From the NCBI GenBank assembly GCA_038087875.1, contig JAXLNO010000500.1, forward strand, positions 1-36,426: DNA of 36,426 nt, in the 5' to 3' direction. Every line of letters begins with the position of its first letter. Position 1 is the first letter of the stretch. The notes under the pieces are model-generated. The model made no database searches. It saw only the letters and a list, made by a program, of their open reading frames with translations, and was not told where the DNA came from. The position numbers and the translations under genes are program-made. Shown piece after piece: positions 34,601 to 36,426 of this stretch. Origin of the DNA: Malacoraja senta (Eukaryota).

Positions 34601-36426
34601 CGCCATATTTCCGGCAAGGTCGCAATAAATCCGGCAATGTCGCCGCAAATCCGGCAAGGTCGCCATATACCGGCAAGTTCGCCATAAATCCGGCGAGGTC
34701 GCCATTATTTCCGGCAAGGTCGACATAAATCCGGCAAGGTCGCCATAAATCCGTCAAGGTCGCCATATTTCCGGCAAGGTCGCCACAAATCCGGCAAGGT
34801 ATCCATAAATCCGGCGAGGTCGCCATATTTCCGGCAAGGTCGCCACAAATCCGGCAAGGTTGCCATAAATCCGGCAAGGTCGCCACAAATCCGGCAAGGT
34901 CGCCATATTTCCGGCAAGGTCGCCATAAATCCGTCAAGGTCGCCATATTTCCGGCAAGGTCGTCAAAAATCCGGCAATGTCGCCGCAAATCCGGCAAGGT
35001 CGCCATATTTCCGGCAAGGTCGCCATATTTCCGGCAAGGTCGCAATAAATCCGGCAAGGTTGCCACAACATCCGGCAAGGTCGCCATATTTCCGGCAAGG
35101 TCGCCATAAATCCGGGAAGGTCGCCACAAATCCGGCGAGGTAGCCATATTTCCGACAAGGTCGCTACAAATCCGACAAGGTCGTCATAAATCCGGCAAGG
35201 TCGCCTCAAATCCGGCAAGGTCCCCATATTTCGAGCAAGGGTCGCAATATTTCCGGCAAGGTCGCCACAAATCCGGCATGGTCGCAATATTTCCGGCAAG
35301 GTCGCCATAAATCCGGCAAGGTCGCCAAAAATCCGGCAAGGTCGCAATATTTCCGGCAATATCGCCATATATCCGGCAAGGTCGCCAGAAATCCGGAGAG
35401 GTCGCCAGAAATCCGGCGAGGTCCCCATATTTCCCGGCGTCCGCCACAAATCCGGCAAATTCGCATAAATCCGGCAAGGTCGCCACATATCCGGCAAGGT
35501 CGCCATATTTCCGGCAAGGTCGCCATATTTCCTGCAAGGTCGCAATAAATCCGGCAAGGTTGCCACACATCCGGCAAGGTCGCCATATTTCCGGCAAGGT
35601 CGCCATAAATCCGTGAAGGTCGCCACAAATCCGGCGAGGTAGCCATATTTCCGGCAAGGTCGCCATACATCCGGCAAGTTCACCACAAATCCGGCGAGGT
35701 CGCCATATTTCAGGCAAGGTCGCCATAAATCCGAAAAGGTCGCCACAAATCCGGCGAGGTCGCCATATTTCCGGCAAGGTCGCAATATTTCCGGCAAGGT
35801 CGCCACAAATCCGGCAAGGTCGCCATATTTCCGGCAAGGTCGCCATAAATCCGGCAAGGTCGCCACAAATCCGGCAAGGTCGCAATATTTCCGGCAAGGT
35901 CGCCATATATCCGGCAAGGTCGCCACAAATCCGGAAATGTCGCCATAAATCCGGCAAGGTCGTCATATTTCCGGCAAGGTCGCCAAAAATCCGGCAATGT
36001 CGCCGCAAATCCGCCAAGGTCGCCATATTCCGGCAAGTTGGCCATAAATTCGGCAAGGTCGCCATATTTCCGGCAAGGTCGCCAAAAATCCGGCAATGTC
36101 GCCGCAAATCCGGCAAGGTCGCCATATTCCGGCAAGTTCGCCATAAATCCGGCAAGGTCGCCATATTTCCGGCAAGGTTGCCACAAATCCGACAAGGTCG
36201 TCATAAATCCGGCAAGGTCGCCTCAAATCCGGCAAGGTCGCCATATTTCCGGCAAAGTCGCCACAAATCCGGCAAGGTCGCCACAAATCCGGCAAGGCCC
36301 CATATTTCCGGCAATGTCGCAATATTTCCGGCAAGGTCGCCACAAATCCGGCAAGGTCGCCATATTTCCGGCAAGTTCGCCATAAATCCGGCAAGGTCGC
36401 CACAAATCCGGCAAGGTCGCAATATT
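22673..36426 (-). repeat. Satellite array A-right, same 20-bp family in inverted orientation (ATAAATCCGGCAAGGTCGCC on +), about 690 copies, runs off the window end
   Basis: Continuous 20-bp (occasionally 19-bp) periodicity; reverse complement of the consensus at 1-12230. Confidence 0.98.

Noticed and set aside
1..36426. Many long ORFs (up to 627 aa) of MATLPDLWRPCRIYGDLAG-type repeats
   Set aside because: A 20-bp unit with few stop codons cycles through all three frames every 60 bp, so the same peptide appears in every frame. Frequent 1-bp indels show there is no frame constraint.

Overview
This is non-coding, repeat-only vertebrate DNA. The CR1 LINE and HE1/V-SINE-like content points to a cartilaginous fish (shark, skate or ray); that assignment is an inference. 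Two large arrays of one GC/CpG-rich 20-bp satellite (consensus GGCGACCTTGCCGGATTTAT) occupy 1-12230 (+) and 22673-36426 (reverse complement), facing each other across a 10.4-kb island. The island holds decayed CR1 LINE pieces, G-rich/C-rich 10-bp telomere-like arrays, and a ~6.8-kb imperfect palindrome (15072-21900). Read from outside in, each arm has a 10-mer array, a small repeat fragment, a V-SINE, a second fragment, a SINE head, a 28-mer array and a second 20-mer array, around a ~490-bp non-palindromic core. There is no credible host gene. The long ORFs in the track are artefacts of a stop-poor 20-bp repeat, and the only protein homology is broken CR1 ORF2. The most interesting signals are architectural: the modular foldback-like palindrome at a satellite polarity switch, a snap-back hairpin at a second strand switch (13011-13044), and CR1 3' tails at both satellite borders. 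Coordinates were read by eye and boundaries are approximate.
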